A DNA stretch of 504 nt from a phage. The notes beneath the pieces are model-generated. The model was not told the origin of the DNA. It ran no database searches and worked only from the letters and a program-made list of their open reading frames with translations. This document shows, in pieces, positions 1 through 504 of this stretch. A program made the translations under genes and the position numbers. The stretch lies in the sequence record AF056261.1. One strand, 5' to 3'. Every line of letters starts with the position of its first letter. Positions within the stretch are counted from its first letter, which is position 1.

Positions 1-8
1 TCACAATT

Positions 9-233
9 TCACCCGGGAAANGNCCATGGNTTGGAGTTGGTCTTCNTCATCAATACCTTTCTGGGGAACCAGCATTGCTGTNACCAGATTTGGGCATCAT
101 CATCTTTATTCTCGCGACCTTCCATGAAGGCTTGAATTGCTTCTTTCTGCTCTTCATAGGTAGGAACCGGATAGGTTTGTTCCAGAGAAGGAACTTTTTC
201 GAACTTAATGATGTCNCCATCTTCGTCACACAT
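9..233 (-). CDS. hypothetical protein with acidic N-terminus (MCDEDGDIIKFEKVPSLEQTYPVPTYEEQKEAIQAFMEGRENKDDDAQIW...); true 3' end uncertain
   Basis: Six-frame track ORF with ATG at 233..231 and an in-frame TAG two codons upstream (239..237). Composition is charged and protein-like, whereas the overlapping plus-strand ORF is hydrophobic and looks like an antisense shadow. Codon 6 is GGN, so Gly regardless of the N. Codon 51 (83..81) reads TNA, which is a stop if N is A or G, so the ORF may end after 50 aa. Four Ns in 21-46 make the TGA at 11..9 unreliable. No clear Shine-Dalgarno upstream of the ATG (only a weak AGG about 3 nt away). Codon usage mixes CTG/CCG/CGC with AAA/GAA, compatible with a moderately AT-rich bacterium. 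Confidence 0.4.
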   Translation of the reverse strand: MCDEDXDIIKFEKVPSLEQTYPVPTYEEQKEAIQAFMEGRENKDDDAQIWXQQCWFPRKVLMXKTNSXPWXFPG

Positions 234-262
234 AGCCTAAGTGAGAACCACTATCATTTAAG

Positions 263-271
263 TTATCCACA
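263..271 (+). promoter_or_regulatory. DnaA box, perfect consensus TTATCCACA
   Basis: Exact 9-mer TTATCCACA read directly from the sequence. It lies 30-38 bp upstream of the minus-strand ATG at 233, where it could overlap that gene's promoter or 5' leader. Function is inferred from the well-established DnaA-box consensus. Confidence 0.6.
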
Positions 272-325
272 AGTTTATTAACAGCACAAAATGATTTGAC
301 ACGATAGGCGGGCGATGATAAAGAC

Positions 326-334
326 TTATCCACA
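326..334 (+). promoter_or_regulatory. DnaA box, perfect consensus TTATCCACA (first of tandem pair)
   Basis: Exact TTATCCACA, part of the 12-bp unit GACTTATCCACA at 323-334. Confidence 0.65.
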
Positions 335-337
335 GAC

Positions 338-346
338 TTATCCACA
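338..346 (+). promoter_or_regulatory. DnaA box, perfect consensus TTATCCACA (second of tandem pair)
   Basis: Exact TTATCCACA, part of the second 12-bp unit GACTTATCCACA at 335-346. It starts 12 bp after the previous box, about one helical turn, in the same orientation. Confidence 0.65.
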
Positions 347-348
347 GG

Positions 349-357
349 TTATCCTTA
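349..357 (+). promoter_or_regulatory. degenerate DnaA-box-like site TTATCCTTA
   Basis: Matches the first 6 positions of the consensus (TTATCC), then diverges (TTA instead of ACA). Starts 11 bp after the box at 338, same orientation. Could be a low-affinity site or a decayed third repeat copy. Confidence 0.3.
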
Positions 358-408
358 CTGGTATAAATATACAGGGTAAATGGGTAGTGTTAACAACTGC
401 AATCAATT
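358..408. other. AT-rich tract next to the DnaA-box array (candidate DNA-unwinding or promoter region)
   Basis: About one-third G+C by hand count (17 of 51). Contains TATAAATATAC (362-372, near-palindromic) and the 8-bp palindrome TGTTAACA (388-395). It sits between the box cluster and the stop codon of the downstream minus-strand frame. Function is inferred only. Confidence 0.3.
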
Positions 409-492
409 TTAAGCGGCTACCACTGCTTTATCCAAAGCATCCTTTGCTCTAGTATACGCAACGTACTCAAGTTGTTCTTTCTTCAACTGTTC
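409..492 (-). CDS. C-terminal fragment of a possible SF1-type (UvrD/RecD/Dda-like) helicase, interrupted by an in-frame TAG at 495..493; may be a pseudogene or a sequencing error
   Basis: Minus-strand translation of 492..412 gives EQLKKEQLEYVAYTRAKDALDKAVVAA followed by TAA (411..409). The LEYVAYTRAKDAL segment resembles helicase motif VI (roughly LLYVAxTRAK..L, remembered rather than searched). The frame is closed immediately upstream by TAG (495..493) and TGA (504..502), so an intact gene is not supported as the sequence stands. Too short to be listed in the ORF track. Confidence 0.25.
   Translation of the reverse strand, partial: EQLKKEQLEYVAYTRAKDALDKAVVAA
428..436 (+). promoter_or_regulatory. 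near-consensus DnaA-box-like site TTATCCAAA (one mismatch)
   Basis: 8 of 9 match to TTATCCACA. Lies within the putative minus-strand C-terminal coding fragment (codons L-D-K-A), so it may be coincidental. Confidence 0.3.
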
Positions 493-504
493 CTAGGATC
501 TTCA

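Larger units (their letters stand above)
323..346. repeat. perfect tandem direct repeat, 2 x 12 bp (GACTTATCCACA), each unit containing a DnaA box
   Basis: 323-334 and 335-346 are identical 12-mers, verified base by base. The following 347-357 (GGTTATCCTTA) looks like a degenerate partial third unit. Confidence 0.85.

Noticed and set aside
96-104. CATCATCAT run resembling the start of a His-tag coding sequence
   Set aside because: Only three codons. On the favoured minus strand it encodes Asp-Asp-Asp within an acidic segment, and there are not six consecutive His codons in any frame.
75-281. Plus-strand 68-aa ORF from the six-frame track (MLXPDLGIIIFILATFHEGLNCFFLLFIGRNRIG...)
   Set aside because: Hydrophobic, low-complexity translation typical of the antisense shadow of a real gene. 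It lies antisense to the more protein-like minus-strand ORF and runs across the DnaA box at 263-271. No ribosome-binding site was assessed as convincing.
302-322. Possible DnaA-trio-like element (repeated trinucleotides next to the boxes, GC-rich spacer GGCGGGCG)
   Set aside because: Only GATGAT is seen; there is no clear run of three or more phased trinucleotide repeats, so the motif cannot be asserted.
296-324. Perfect -35 hexamer TTGACA at 296-301 on the plus strand, as a possible promoter
   Set aside because: No acceptable -10 hexamer at 16-18 bp spacing (only TAAAGA or ATAAAG candidates), and no plus-strand gene downstream. Cannot be supported as a promoter from sequence alone; noted only as a possible origin-associated transcription signal.
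360-408. Rho-independent terminator downstream of the helicase-like frame on the minus strand
   Set aside because: No GC-rich stem-loop followed by a U-run on the minus strand. The palindromes present (TGTTAACA, GTATAAATATAC) are AT-rich with no loop and would not form a stable terminator hairpin.
394-504. Open plus-strand frame across the 3' end (QLQSILSGYHCFIQSILCSSIRNVLKLFFLQLFLGSS)
   Set aside because: No ATG or alternative start with a ribosome-binding site, and a hydrophobic antisense-like composition. The minus-strand frame over the same bases gives a more protein-like, motif-bearing peptide.
1-504. CRISPR array, tRNA or rRNA gene, IS element or terminal inverted repeats
   Set aside because: No regularly spaced repeats of 24-48 bp, no cloverleaf-compatible sequence, no transposase-like ORF and no matching inverted repeats at the window ends were seen.

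Overview
504-bp AT-rich window with six ambiguous bases (N at 21, 23, 30, 46, 82, 216), four of them in the first 50 bp, so the 5' end is low quality. Three things are supportable. (1) A minus-strand ORF starts at ATG 233..231 and runs toward the window start; its N-terminus is acidic and protein-like, product not recognised. (2) A non-coding stretch (234-408) carries three perfect, same-orientation DnaA boxes (TTATCCACA at 263-271, 326-334, 338-346) and a degenerate copy (349-357); a further near-consensus copy lies at 428-436. Two of the perfect boxes sit inside a perfect 12-bp tandem repeat, followed by an AT-rich tract. (3) At the 3' end a minus-strand frame ends at TAA 411..409; its last 27 codons resemble helicase motif VI of SF1 (UvrD/RecD/Dda-type) helicases, but an in-frame TAG sits immediately upstream. 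The simplest reading is a DnaA-dependent origin-like or DnaA-regulated intergenic region between two co-oriented genes, possibly a helicase-origin replication module. I could not recognise any exact gene from memory and could run no searches. No tRNA, rRNA, CRISPR array or IS element is evident. The first ~30 bp also resemble a lac-operator/NcoI expression-vector junction, so vector or chimeric origin of the read should be excluded.
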